Shown here in pieces: positions 41,083 through 51,035 of a DNA stretch of 64,000 nt. A model generated the notes under the pieces. That model was not told the DNA's origin. It was given only the letters and a program-made list of their open reading frames with translations, and made no database searches. Position numbers and translations under genes: made by a program. Source of the DNA: Nitrosopumilus sp. (GTDB taxonomy: Archaea; Thermoproteota; Nitrososphaeria; Nitrososphaerales; Nitrosopumilaceae); the NCBI GenBank assembly GCA_963662625.1, contig OY759726.1:32001-96000 (forward strand), written 5' to 3'. The stretch's first letter is position 1, and each line of letters opens with the position of its first letter.

Positions 41083-42330
41083 CTACCAGCTGCTCGCGTA
41101 CCTGGCCTGCTCCCGGGTCAGCCTGTCGATCCTGACGCCCATCGCCCTCAGCGCGTCGACTGCCACCTGCCGGTCTATCTCCTCGGGCACGTTGGTCACG
41201 GCCCTGCCCATCTTCCCGTGGTTCTCAAGGATGTAAAGGACCGACAGCAGCTGGTTGGAGAACGACTGCGCCATGACCTCCGGCGGGTGCCCCTCGGCGG
41301 CGACGAGGTTTGCCAGCCTCCCCTCCCCCACGAGGTACACGCGCTTGCCGCCCTTGAGCGTGCACTCGTCCAGGCTGGGCCTCACCCTCCGGACCGACCT
41401 CGACTTTTTGAGCAGGAAGTCGCTGTCGATCTCCACGTCAAAGTGCCCCACGTTGCCCATGATCGCGCCGTCCTTCATCCTCTCTATGTGCCGCCTCCCG
41501 ATCACCCCGGTCATGCCGGTGCACGTCACGAATATGTCGCCCAGCGCGCACGCGCGGGACATCGGCATGACGTCGAACCCGTCCATGTGCGCCTCCAGCG
41601 CCTTCACGGGATCGACCTCGGTCACTATGACCCTGCAGCCCATCCCCCTGCAGCGGGCGGCCACGCCCCTGCCGACCCAGCCGTACCCGGCGACCACGAC
41701 GCGCTTTGACGCCATCAGCAGGTTCATCGCCCGGAGGTACCCGTCGATCGTGCTCTGCCCCGTCCCGTACCTGTTGTCAAACATGTGCTTCGTGTACGCC
41801 TCGTTTACCAGGATCACCGGGTAGCGCAGCATGCCCTTGGCCTCCACCGCCCTTATCCGCGTGACGCCGGCGGTGGTCTCCTCGGTGGCCCCCAGTATCT
41901 CCAGGTCGCGGAACTTCTCGTCAAAGTGGGCCCTTATGTTCATGTCGGCCCCGTCGTCGACCAGGACCGAGGGCCCGTGCCCCAGCACCTGCCCGATGCA
42001 CCAGTCGTACTCCCTGGCGGACTGGCCGTTCCACGCGTACACGTGGATCTTCTGCGACGCCAGGAACGCCGCGACGTCGTCCTGCGTGGTGAGCGGGTTG
42101 CCGGCGCAGCACGCGACGGTGGCGCCGAGCTCCCTGGCGCCCATCAGCAGCACCGCCGTCTCCTTCGTTATGTGGAGGCAGAACCCGACCGTCACCCCCC
42201 TGAGCGGCCTGGACTTCCTCAGCCGCGCGAGCGTGTTGTCGAGTATCGGCATGTGCGACCTCGCCCACTCGTAGGACAGCCGGCCCTCCCTGACCAGCCT
42301 AGCCGAAGTCTTCACCTTGCTCAACACCAT
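41083..42330 (-). CDS. ahcY: Adenosylhomocysteinase
   Basis: 'EETTAG', 'KHMFDNRYGTGQS', 'GYGWVGRG', 'GHFDVEI'. Confidence 0.96.
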   Translation of the reverse strand: MVLSKVKTSARLVREGRLSYEWARSHMPILDNTLARLRKSRPLRGVTVGFCLHITKETAVLLMGARELGATVACCAGNPLTTQDDVAAFLASQKIHVYAWNGQSAREYDWCIGQVLGHGPSVLVDDGADMNIRAHFDEKFRDLEILGATEETTAGVTRIRAVEAKGMLRYPVILVNEAYTKHMFDNRYGTGQSTIDGYLRAMNLLMASKRVVVAGYGWVGRGVAARCRGMGCRVIVTEVDPVKALEAHMDGFDVMPMSRACALGDIFVTCTGMTGVIGRRHIERMKDGAIMGNVGHFDVEIDSDFLLKKSRSVRRVRPSLDECTLKGGKRVYLVGEGRLANLVAAEGHPPEVMAQSFSNQLLSVLYILENHGKMGRAVTNVPEEIDRQVAVDALRAMGVRIDRLTREQARYASSW

Positions 42331-42420
42331 TGCACGGCCCGCGGACGAATAAAACTCTTGAGATCCCACGGGGGCCGCGGCACCAAAGGCTAGAAATAGC
42401 CAGCGCCCCGGTACATTACC

Positions 42421-42723
42421 GTGGCTTGGAGGAAGATCGCCGAGAACGGCTCCGTGGCGGAGGGCAGGGGCAAGGCGTTCGAGGTCGGCGGCAGGAAGAT
42501 AGCCGTCTTCAACCAGGGCGGGTACCACGCCGTCGACGACCTGTGCGTGCACCAGGACGGCTCGATCGCGCCCGGGAAGCTGGACGGGGACATCGTGGAG
42601 TGCCCGCTGCACTTCTGGCACTACAACATCAGGACGGGCCAGCTGACGGACTACCTCAAGGACGTGAAGCTGCGGACGTACCCGGTGGAGTCAAGGGACG
42701 ACGGCATCTACGTCGACGTCTAG
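42421..42723 (+). CDS. Rieske-type [2Fe-2S] ferredoxin
   Basis: 'CVH' and 'CPLH' ligands. Confidence 0.9.
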   Translation: MAWRKIAENGSVAEGRGKAFEVGGRKIAVFNQGGYHAVDDLCVHQDGSIAPGKLDGDIVECPLHFWHYNIRTGQLTDYLKDVKLRTYPVESRDDGIYVDV

Positions 42724-42780
42724 CGCGGGGACTGGCCGCCAAGACAATTCTTAATTGTGGCGGCTGGCCCACGTACACTG

Positions 42781-43578
42781 TTGGACCAGAAGGTGCTCGG
42801 GGAGATCAAGTCCGGGGACTATCCCGCGATAGCCCGCTCGATCGGGGGGTTCCTCTCCGGCGAGGCGGAGAGGCGCGGCTCTGCGGGGGTCACGTTCGGG
42901 CTTAGCGGGGGGATCGACTCGGCGGTGCTGGCATTCATCTGCGGGCGCGCCATGAAGGGGAGGACGCTGGCCATGATAATGCCCGACACCGACGTCACGC
43001 CGGGATCGGAGACGGAGGACGCCCTGAGGGTGGCAGAGATGGCGGGGATCGACTACAAGCTCGTCGACATCAGGCCCATAGTGGGGGAGTACTCGCGGTA
43101 CGTGGAGCCCGACGGGAGGGCCAGGGGGAACCTCCGCGCCAGGGTCAGGGCCAACATCCTCTACTACTATGCCAACGCCAAGGGCTACCTCGTGCTGGGC
43201 TCCAGCGACAGGAGCGAGCACCTGCTCGGGTACTTTACGAAGTTCGGCGACGGCGCGGCGGACCTGGCCCCGATAGTCTCGCTCTACAAGCTCCAGGTCA
43301 GGGAGATCGCCGGGTTCCTGGGGGTCCCGCCGGGGATAATAGCGAAGAAGAGCAGCCCGCACCTGTGGGAGGGCCAGACGGCGGAGGGCGAGATCGGGGC
43401 GACGTACGAGGAGATAGACGCCGTGCTGTACTGCCTGTTCGACAGGGGGATGTCCGAGGCGCAGGCCGCCGACGCCACGGGGCTCGGCGAGGCGCTGGTC
43501 GGGAAGGTGCGCAGGGCCTGCGACGCGGGGCGGCACAAGAGGGAGCCCCCCGCGAGGCCTGGGGGCGCGCCGGCGTGA
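42781..43578 (+). CDS. nadE: NH3-dependent NAD+ synthetase
   Basis: 'GLSGGIDS', 'GNLRARVR', 'GYFTKFGDG'. Confidence 0.95.
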   Translation: MDQKVLGEIKSGDYPAIARSIGGFLSGEAERRGSAGVTFGLSGGIDSAVLAFICGRAMKGRTLAMIMPDTDVTPGSETEDALRVAEMAGIDYKLVDIRPIVGEYSRYVEPDGRARGNLRARVRANILYYYANAKGYLVLGSSDRSEHLLGYFTKFGDGAADLAPIVSLYKLQVREIAGFLGVPPGIIAKKSSPHLWEGQTAEGEIGATYEEIDAVLYCLFDRGMSEAQAADATGLGEALVGKVRRACDAGRHKREPPARPGGAPA

Positions 43579-45005
43579 GGATCCACGACACCCTGAGCGG
43601 CTCGGATGCCGGGGTGGGGACCTCCGGGAGGGTCAGGATCTACCTCTGCGGCGTCACGGTCTACGACGAGTCGCACGTGGGGCACGCGAGGACCATAGTC
43701 GTCTTCGACGTGCTGAGGAGGTACCTAGAGGACAGGGGGGCGGACGTGGAGCTCGTCCAGAACTTTACCGACGTGGACGACAAGATAATAGCGCGCGCGG
43801 AGGCCGAGGGGGTCGAGCCCGGGGAGATAAGCGCCAGGTACATCGAGGGCTACTTCAGGGACTTTGACGGGCTCAACGTGAGGCGCGCCGCGGCGTACCC
43901 GAGGGCGACCGACCACATAGGAGACATCATAAGGTTCATCGAGGGGCTGCTGGAGAGGGGGGCGGCGTACGCCGCCAGGAACGGGGTGTACTTTTCGGTG
44001 TCGGGGTTCCAAGGGTACGGGAAGCTGTCGAAGAAGGACACCGGCGAGCTGCGGTCCGGCGCGAGGGTCAGCATCGACGGCTCCAAGAGGGACCCGCTCG
44101 ACTTTGCGCTCTGGAAGTTCGCCGGGACGGGGCCCGTGTGGGACAGCCCGTGGGGCGCCGGCAGGCCGGGGTGGCACATAGAGTGCTCGGCGATGAGCAC
44201 GAAGTACCTCGGGGAGAACTTCGACGTCCACGGCGGTGGGAGGGACCTGATCTTCCCGCACCACGAGAACGAGATCGCCCAGTCCGAGTCGTTCACCGGC
44301 GCCCCTTGCGCGAGGGCGTGGATGCACGTGGGGATGGTGACGATCAACGGCGAGAAGATGTCAAAGTCCCTCGGCAACGTGAGGTCGGTGAGGCGCGTCA
44401 TGGCGGACTGGGGGCCCAACGTGGTCAGGCTGTTCTGCCTCTCGGGGCACCACTCAAAGCCGATAGACTACTCCGAGGAGATGCTCGGCGAGAGCCTCGC
44501 GAGGTGGAGGCAGGCCGAGGCGTGCTTCCACGAGCTGGACCAGGCGGGCGGGGGGCCCGGCGGGGGCCCGGCCGCGGAGATCGCCGGCAGGTGCGCCGCG
44601 GAGTTCGACTCGGCCCTGGAGAACGGATTCAACACGCACCTTGCGCTGTCGTCGCTGTTCGTGCTTGCCAGGGAGACCAACCGCCTGGCCGCCGAGGGGA
44701 AGCTCGGCGCCGGGGGCGCCGGGGCCGCCGGGAGGGAGTTCGGCAGGATGCTTGGGATCCTCGGGCTGGCCGTCCCGGAGCTTGCCGGCGGGCAGAAAGA
44801 GGAGATCGCCGGGCTCGTGGCCGACAGGGAGAGGCTGAGGCGGGAGGGGAAGTTCGCGGAGGCCGACCGCGTGCGGGCCCGGCTCAACGGCATGAACGTC
44901 GAGCTGATAGACCACGGCGGGAGGACCACCTGGGTGAAGAGGGAGGAGATCGGGGCGGGCGGGCCCGGCGCGCGGGGATGGCCCGGTCCGGCTAGCCGCG
45001 CCTGA
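43575..45005 (+). CDS. cysS: Cysteine--tRNA ligase
   Basis: 'YLCGVTVYD.SHVGHAR', 'GRPGWHIECS', 'KMSKS'; GTG overlaps the nadE stop. Confidence 0.96.
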   Translation: MRIHDTLSGSDAGVGTSGRVRIYLCGVTVYDESHVGHARTIVVFDVLRRYLEDRGADVELVQNFTDVDDKIIARAEAEGVEPGEISARYIEGYFRDFDGLNVRRAAAYPRATDHIGDIIRFIEGLLERGAAYAARNGVYFSVSGFQGYGKLSKKDTGELRSGARVSIDGSKRDPLDFALWKFAGTGPVWDSPWGAGRPGWHIECSAMSTKYLGENFDVHGGGRDLIFPHHENEIAQSESFTGAPCARAWMHVGMVTINGEKMSKSLGNVRSVRRVMADWGPNVVRLFCLSGHHSKPIDYSEEMLGESLARWRQAEACFHELDQAGGGPGGGPAAEIAGRCAAEFDSALENGFNTHLALSSLFVLARETNRLAAEGKLGAGGAGAAGREFGRMLGILGLAVPELAGGQKEEIAGLVADRERLRREGKFAEADRVRARLNGMNVELIDHGGRTTWVKREEIGAGGPGARGWPGPASRA

Positions 45006-45343
45006 CCTTCGGCCGTTTTGGGAGGCCCGGGCGCGCGGAAGGCGTCCCGGGGCTGGCACGGGGGCGGGATCCGGGGAGCGTGACCGCGGTCGCGGCGGCA
45101 CGGCTCACCCGGGCGCCGCACGCGGCGTGGAACGCCGGCATGGCGCCCGGGGCGGGGGCGGCGTCCGGGATCCCCCCTGCGATCGGCGGGTTCCCGCACG
45201 GGGCGGGCCTGATCGAGATCGCGTCCGCAGCGGGCTCCCGGATGGCGGCGTGCGGCCTGGCGAAGAAGGGGCGCGGGGGAAGCGCGGCGCGGGGAGCTTG
45301 CGGTTGCGGCAGCGCGCCGCGGCCGGCGGCCCGGCACGTGGGC

Positions 45344-45586
45344 TCACGCCGCGGGCGGGATCGGCAGGCATGACGCGAGGGCAGAGATGCCGGCCATGAC
45401 GTGCGCGAACGCCGCCACGGCGGCCCCCGACAGCGGCTCGTGGATGAAGGGCGGGGTGGAGGCGGCAAACTCCGCCATCCCCAGGATGAGGAGCACCGTG
45501 GACAGCCCCGGGAACGCCGCCATGAAGAGGAGCGGCGCCGCCAGGCAGCACGCCGGGATCCACACCTTCCTCGGGACGCGGGCCAT
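45344..45586 (-). CDS. Possible small hydrophobic protein
   Basis: 80-aa hydrophobic ORF with a TATA-like TTTAAAAA about 25 nt upstream. Confidence 0.4.
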   Translation of the reverse strand: MARVPRKVWIPACCLAAPLLFMAAFPGLSTVLLILGMAEFAASTPPFIHEPLSGAAVAAFAHVMAGISALASCLPIPPAA

Positions 45587-45713
45587 GCGGTACCTGGGCG
45601 TCGCTGCTTTTTAAACCCGGGCGGGCCCGTGTCCGGCCGCGCCGCCGGCGGGCCCATTAGCACTAGTCATGCAAGTTAGCATTAGTTAAATAGCATCGCG
45701 GCGCACGTACGCC

Positions 45714-46583
45714 GTGGTGTACCTCAGGGCCAAGAAGGTAAAGTCCGACAGCTACCTGTACCTCGTCAAAAGCGTCTGGGACAGGGACAGGGGCACTTCG
45801 AGGCAGGAGATCATAAAGTACCTCGGCAAGGCCTCCGAGGTGACCATGGGGGACATCCCCCGGGACTACCGGGACGATCCAAAGATCGCCTCGGCGCTGG
45901 CATCGCACAGCCCGGGCAACGCCAGGGCGAAGGACGGCATGGCAAGGAGGTCCAGGGACGCGCTGTACCGGAGGCTTCTGGAGGGGGACATCGCGGGATC
46001 CGGGAGGGTCTGCGCGGACTATTCCAAGGCGTTCGGCGCGGGCGATTTCCTTGACAGGGTGCTGAGGCCGGTCATGTACAGGATCGGGGACGACTGGGAG
46101 GCAGGGAGGATCGACATCGCCTCGGAACACGTCGCGAGCAACATGGCGGTGGCGCTCGTCAAGGGCATCGGCGCGCCGGCGCGGCAGGGCGGGTCCAGGG
46201 GCAAGGTGATGATCTGCGTCCCCTACGGCGAGGAGCACCACCTGGGGTGCGACATGCTGGAGGTGGCCCTGGCCAAGAGGGGGCTCACCGTGTTCAACAT
46301 GTCCACGCCCATGCCGACAGAGTCCATCCTGGGCTTCATCGGGGACAACGCGCCGGACTGCGTGCTGGTCTCGATAACGCTCGTGGACAACCTGGCCGCC
46401 GGCAGGAGGCTGGTGGCCAGCATACGCGGGCTGCACGACGTCCCGGTGTTCGTGGGCGGGCAGGCGTTCCAGTATGGCGACGCCAGTGGGTTCCAGGCAG
46501 AGATCATTCCAGACGCGGACGCGGAGCGCGTGGCAAGGGAGATCGGCCAGAGGGCCGCAGCTGCCAGGGCCGCGCAGGCCTAG
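45714..46583 (+). CDS. Cobalamin-binding domain protein with putative N-terminal DNA-binding module
   Basis: W-x9-EH ('WEAGRIDIASEH'), 'EEHHLG', 'SIT', 'VGGQ'. Confidence 0.85.
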   Translation: MVYLRAKKVKSDSYLYLVKSVWDRDRGTSRQEIIKYLGKASEVTMGDIPRDYRDDPKIASALASHSPGNARAKDGMARRSRDALYRRLLEGDIAGSGRVCADYSKAFGAGDFLDRVLRPVMYRIGDDWEAGRIDIASEHVASNMAVALVKGIGAPARQGGSRGKVMICVPYGEEHHLGCDMLEVALAKRGLTVFNMSTPMPTESILGFIGDNAPDCVLVSITLVDNLAAGRRLVASIRGLHDVPVFVGGQAFQYGDASGFQAEIIPDADAERVAREIGQRAAAARAAQA

Positions 46584-46596
46584 CCGCCCGGCGCCG

Positions 46597-46776
46597 TCAC
46601 TCCTCTACCTTCAGCGCGCCCGACGGGCACCCGGCGACGGTCTCCCGGATCCTGTCCTCGGGGGCGCCGTCCTGTGTTATGACGAACTTGCCGTCCTCGA
46701 CCTTGAACACGGACGGCAGGCCCTGGACGCACTTGCCGGAGTGCGTGCAGGTGCCCTCGTCCCAGCTTACCTTCAT
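46597..46776 (-). CDS. Small divergent Fe-S ferredoxin-like protein
   Basis: 'CTHSGKC..GLPSVF' and 'CPSGAL'. Confidence 0.85.
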   Translation of the reverse strand: MKVSWDEGTCTHSGKCVQGLPSVFKVEDGKFVITQDGAPEDRIRETVAGCPSGALKVEE

Positions 46777-46841
46777 GGAATACGTGCCCGGGCAGCCTAC
46801 AAAAACCTGCCGGTGCGCCAGCTGGGGAGGCGCGCGGGAGG

Positions 46842-48053
46842 TCACTTCCTCGAGGCGCTGACCAGCAGCACCACGTCCCTGTCCCTCAGGCGGTAGTCCA
46901 CCGGCAGCCTCGCGTTGTACCTCAGGTCCTTGCCGTAGAGGAGGCCCTTCGGGAGGTCCGTGTGGATCTCCCTGGCGAGGTCGCTTATGGTGGATCCGTC
47001 CTTCAGCAGGATCAGGTCGGGCAGCACCCTGCCGCTCCCGTCGGCGAGGCTCTTCTCGTCGGCCACGGGGTAGACGGAGTTCATCTTCAGCAGCTTGAAG
47101 ACCGCCGCGTTGATCGCGAACTGGACGCCGGTATGCATGTACTCGCCCATGATCTCCCGCGTGATAAAGTCCAGCGCGTCCACCTGCCTGGGGTTGAGGC
47201 CGTCGGGCCTTACCACCTTGAACTGCTCGAACCCCGGAGAGTACTCTATCAGGCCCCTGCCCTCCGCGCGCCTCAGGCTCAGCTCGCTGTCGGCGCTGGC
47301 GGGGACCACGATCGAGTCGGCGTACCGCTCGCGCAGCCGCGCGAAGTTCTTGTCGGCCCCCTCGATGTCCACCTTGTTTGCCACGATCAGCGTGGGCTTG
47401 GAATGCTTCCTGAGGCTCGAGGTGAACCTCCGGCTGTCGCGCATGTCGAACTCGTCGAACCGCTTTTCCCCGAGCCCCGTGGACGCCATGGCCGCCTCGA
47501 CGTGCGCCCTGCCGACGCCTATCCCGCGGTACAGCGAGGTTATCGCGTCCGCCGCGTCGGTGCCCGACTGCACCAGCTTCGAGACCTTCTCGCGGTTGCC
47601 CTCGAATATCTTCTGGTACCACATCTCCAGCTCCTCCTCGATGTCCGCAAGGTCGGATATCGGGTCGCCGGCGCCCGCCTCGGTGATCCGGCCGGAGGCG
47701 TCGACCCCGCCTGACGCGTCGACCACGTGCAGCATGGCGTCTGACTGCGCCGCGATGGACATGAACTGGTTTCCCAGCCCCTTCCCCTTCCACGCGCCCT
47801 TGATGAGGCCCGGCAGGTCCATTATCTCCACCGGGACGTGCCGCCAGCCGCCGACGCACCGCGAGTTGTTCGGGTTGTCCTGCACGTCGAACTCGGGGTG
47901 GACGCAGAGCGTGATGGCGTGGGCCACTCCGGAGATCGGCCTCTTCGTGGTGAACGGGTACGACGAGATCTCCTCGGAGGACATGGTCGCCGCGTTGAAG
48001 AAGGTGGTCTTGCCGGTGTTCGTCTTGCCAATCAGGCCAAGCTTTATGGGCAC
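46842..48053 (-). CDS. Obg-family YchF-like translation-associated GTPase/ATPase with TGS domain
   Basis: 'GKTNTGKTT', 'YPFTT', 'DLPG', 'NKVD', 'DLAREIHTDL'. Confidence 0.92.
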   Translation of the reverse strand: MPIKLGLIGKTNTGKTTFFNAATMSSEEISSYPFTTKRPISGVAHAITLCVHPEFDVQDNPNNSRCVGGWRHVPVEIMDLPGLIKGAWKGKGLGNQFMSIAAQSDAMLHVVDASGGVDASGRITEAGAGDPISDLADIEEELEMWYQKIFEGNREKVSKLVQSGTDAADAITSLYRGIGVGRAHVEAAMASTGLGEKRFDEFDMRDSRRFTSSLRKHSKPTLIVANKVDIEGADKNFARLRERYADSIVVPASADSELSLRRAEGRGLIEYSPGFEQFKVVRPDGLNPRQVDALDFITREIMGEYMHTGVQFAINAAVFKLLKMNSVYPVADEKSLADGSGRVLPDLILLKDGSTISDLAREIHTDLPKGLLYGKDLRYNARLPVDYRLRDRDVVLLVSASRK

Positions 48054-48081
48054 ACTACACGTCCCATCCGAGAATATTTAT

Positions 48082-48456
48082 CTATGCCCTATCCCGGCGC
48101 GGGCCCGGGCCTTCCGGCAGCCGCTCGGCCGACCTGGCAAGCTCCCTTATGCGCCACCTGATCTCCTCGGCTTCGCGCGGCGACAGGTCGCCGTCCCACC
48201 TTTCCAGCACGTCCGCCGCGATCTCCGCGGAGTTGGCAAGCATGCCCCACAGCGGGTGGTGCTCGGCGGTGGCATGGGCAAGCTCCACCGCGTCGGCCAG
48301 GCCGCTTCTCGCCCTGGACAGGGGGGTCGCCCCGTCCCCGAACACCCGGACCGCGCAGCCCCGCGGATCGGACTCCACCTTCAGCGCGAGGCCCCTGCCG
48401 GCGTGCTCCCGCGCCAGCCCCTCCAGGTCGCGCAGAAAGTCCCCGAACTCGGCCAC
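48082..48456 (-). CDS. Hypothetical protein
   Basis: Host-like codon usage; abuts its neighbour in an apparent operon. Confidence 0.7.
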   Translation of the reverse strand: MAEFGDFLRDLEGLAREHAGRGLALKVESDPRGCAVRVFGDGATPLSRARSGLADAVELAHATAEHHPLWGMLANSAEIAADVLERWDGDLSPREAEEIRWRIRELARSAERLPEGPGPRRDRA

Positions 48457-48457
48457 C

Positions 48458-48868
48458 TCAGGACAGCCTCCTGTGCTCGGCGAGCATGCACCGGTTGAAC
48501 ACCACCCGGATGCCCTCGGCCCTTGCCAGCCGCTCGGCCTCCGGGTCGTGGATCCCCTCCTGCAGCCAGATCACCCGGGGCCTCTTGCTGATCGCGTCCT
48601 TGACCACCGGCAGCACCTGGCCGGAGGGGCGGAAGACGTCCACGATGTCCACGTCCCCCTCGATCTCGGACACGGCCCGGTAGGATCTCAGCCCCATGAC
48701 GTCCGCCGCGTTGGGGTTGACGGGTGTCACCTCGAACCCGTGGTCGCGCAGGTACCGGGGCACGAAGTGGGCCGCCTTTGACGGGTCCCTGGACATCCCC
48801 ACCACCGCCACCGACCTCATGGAAAGGATCTCCCTGATCTCGTCGTCCGTGTGCGGATCGCGCTCCAT
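48458..48868 (-). CDS. CoA-binding protein (YccU-like)
   Basis: 'VAVVGMS', 'PVNP', 'DIVDVFRP', 'WLQEG', 'NRCM'. Confidence 0.9.
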   Translation of the reverse strand: MERDPHTDDEIREILSMRSVAVVGMSRDPSKAAHFVPRYLRDHGFEVTPVNPNAADVMGLRSYRAVSEIEGDVDIVDVFRPSGQVLPVVKDAISKRPRVIWLQEGIHDPEAERLARAEGIRVVFNRCMLAEHRRLS

Positions 48869-49051
48869 GGTGGTACCAGGCGCCGGAGGAATATAATTTT
48901 TGAAGGCGCGGGCCCTGATCCGCGGATGCGGCAGGCGTGGGGCCGGCGCGGCGCCATCCTCCCAGGCGCGGATCCGGCGCGGGCCCGGGCCCCGTGCCTC
49001 CGGAGACCGTAAAAAATTAAAAACGGGTGGTTTTACAGGTATTACAGCAAG

Positions 49052-49594
49052 ATGACCGACGCGGAAGAGCCCAAGGACCTCATGGTGCTGGGGGCCATAA
49101 GGAGGGGGATCAAGAAGTTCGACAAGATCGCGGGGGAGACCCACGTGGACCCGAAGGAGCTCAACTCGATCCTCGAGAAGCTCGAGGAGAGGGGGCTCAT
49201 ACGGGTCAGCCAGAAGAAGGGCTGGCTGGGCACGAAGATAGAGCTCGCCGTCACCGAGAGGGGCTCGAGGGAGCTGGACGAGCGGATCCACGAGATGCAG
49301 GAAAAATGGGGCACCATGACCGCCATGTACAAGAAGGGCGACAAGAAGGGGCTCAAGCAGTACATGGACGACAACAAGTCGTTCCTCCCCATGATGATGT
49401 TCTTCGGGATAATGGACATCATGATGTTCTCGATGATGTTCAGCATGATGGGGATGATGATGAGCGACTACGTTCCCGCGGAGAGCATGCCGGAGGGCGC
49501 AGGGGCCGACGGGGGAGACGGTGGCGGGGACGGCGGCGGGGCCGACGGGGACTTTGGCGGCGGCTTTGACGGCGGCTTCGACGTCGGGTTCTGA
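49052..49594 (+). CDS. Winged-helix protein with Met-rich and Gly/Asp-rich tail
   Basis: 'LEKLEERGLI...TERG' wHTH pattern; 'PMMMFFGIMDIMMFSMMFSMMGMMM'. Confidence 0.8.
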   Translation: MTDAEEPKDLMVLGAIRRGIKKFDKIAGETHVDPKELNSILEKLEERGLIRVSQKKGWLGTKIELAVTERGSRELDERIHEMQEKWGTMTAMYKKGDKKGLKQYMDDNKSFLPMMMFFGIMDIMMFSMMFSMMGMMMSDYVPAESMPEGAGADGGDGGGDGGGADGDFGGGFDGGFDVGF

Positions 49595-49630
49595 CCGCGC
49601 GCCCGGCGCCGGGGCAAGAGACGGTCCGCG

Positions 49631-50623
49631 TTGAGGTACAGTTCGGACGACCGGTCCGGGCTGGTCCGGGTGCTGTCGTTCCTAAAGTCGCACGACACCG
49701 AGTACCTCTCCGGGCAGGATCTCAGCGACGTCCTGAAGATCAGCAGGGTCGCGGTATGGAAGCACATCAGGAGGATCAGGGACCTGGGGTACGGCATAGA
49801 GTCGAGGCAGAAGCTCGGCTACAGGCTGGAGTCGGGAACCGACGAGCTGCTCCCGTGGGAGGTGACGTCGGGCCTGGGCACGGAGTCCGTGGGGAGGAAG
49901 GCGTACTACTTCAGGTCCACGGACTCCACCCAGTCCCAGGCCGCGAGGATCGCGTCCGAGGGAGCCGCCGACGGCACCGTGGTGGTCGCCGGAAGGCAGA
50001 CCGGGGGGAGGGGGAGGAACGGCAGGAGGTGGGTCTCGGCGAGCGGCGGGATATGGCTCTCGGTCATACTGCGGCCGAGCTTCGACGCCTCCGTGATCAC
50101 TCTGTTCCCGATGGCCGCCTCGCTCGCGCTGGCCCGCGCGATAAGGGGGTCGACGGGCGTCCGGACTGAGCTGAGGTGGCCAAACGACCTGACCGTGGAC
50201 GGGAAGAAGGTGGCAGGGATGCTGGTCGACGCCTCGCTGGAGTCGAACAGGGTGGAGAGCGTGATCCTTGGCGCGGGAATCAACTTCCGCGTGGACGCGG
50301 GGGAGGTCGAGAGGGAGCTCGCCGGCACGCCGAACTTTTACGGGGCGGCGTCGCTCGGGTCAAAGGAGAGGCCCCTGGCCATGGTGCAGTCCTTCCTTGA
50401 GGAGCTGGAGCGCGTCTACTTCCAGATGAACGCCGGCAGGACCGGGGGGATCGTGAGGGACTGGACTGGGATGTCGTCGACGATCGGGAGGGACGTGGAG
50501 ATCGGCACAGCCGGCGGCGTGGTCAGGGGCAGGGCTTCGAGGATCGACGGCGACGGCGCGCTGGTTGTGGTGGGGGACGGGGGGTCGGAGCGGGTCATGG
50601 CGGGCGACGTCACGCACGCGTGA
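49631..50623 (+). CDS. birA: Bifunctional biotin--protein ligase/HTH regulator
   Basis: N-terminal HTH, 'QTGGRGRNGRRW', 'RWPND', 'KVAGML'. Confidence 0.95.
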   Translation: MRYSSDDRSGLVRVLSFLKSHDTEYLSGQDLSDVLKISRVAVWKHIRRIRDLGYGIESRQKLGYRLESGTDELLPWEVTSGLGTESVGRKAYYFRSTDSTQSQAARIASEGAADGTVVVAGRQTGGRGRNGRRWVSASGGIWLSVILRPSFDASVITLFPMAASLALARAIRGSTGVRTELRWPNDLTVDGKKVAGMLVDASLESNRVESVILGAGINFRVDAGEVERELAGTPNFYGAASLGSKERPLAMVQSFLEELERVYFQMNAGRTGGIVRDWTGMSSTIGRDVEIGTAGGVVRGRASRIDGDGALVVVGDGGSERVMAGDVTHA

Positions 50624-50626
50624 GGC

Positions 50627-50959
50627 CTACCGCTTCGAGTCCTTCCTGGCTCGCCTCTTGGATCCCGGCTTGGACAGCAGGGACGACTGCGCCCTGAGCA
50701 CATCCCTGAGGCCGTCCTGGATCTCAAACAGCGCCGAGAGCATCCCCTCCAGCGCGCGGGAGTACTCCGAGTAGGCGTCTGCCAGATCGGCCTGCTTGCT
50801 GGTCTTCTTTCCCAGGTACTCGTTGGAGCGCAGGAGGTTGGCAGAGTCGATCAGCTCCGGGACGGCCTCGAACTCCCCGAGGGAGTCCAGATCCGACCTG
50901 ATCGCCCGGATCCTCTTCCTGAGGCCGTAGATGTCCGTCCCCGCGCCGTCCTGCACCAT
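50627..50959 (-). CDS. Hypothetical protein
   Basis: ATG 50959; helical protein; AT-rich TATA-like stretch at ~50985-50995. Confidence 0.7.
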   Translation of the reverse strand: MVQDGAGTDIYGLRKRIRAIRSDLDSLGEFEAVPELIDSANLLRSNEYLGKKTSKQADLADAYSEYSRALEGMLSALFEIQDGLRDVLRAQSSLLSKPGSKRRARKDSKR

Positions 50960-51035
50960 CCTAGATACACCTAACGGCGGGCAGATTAAAAATTTGCTCA
51001 AGGCCGCGCTGGCGGGGTGAGGCCCGGATCCGGCT

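Noticed and set aside
45005-45340. GC-rich intergenic stretch with short ORFs
   Set aside because: No motif, repeat or homology that I can support; may be a decayed gene
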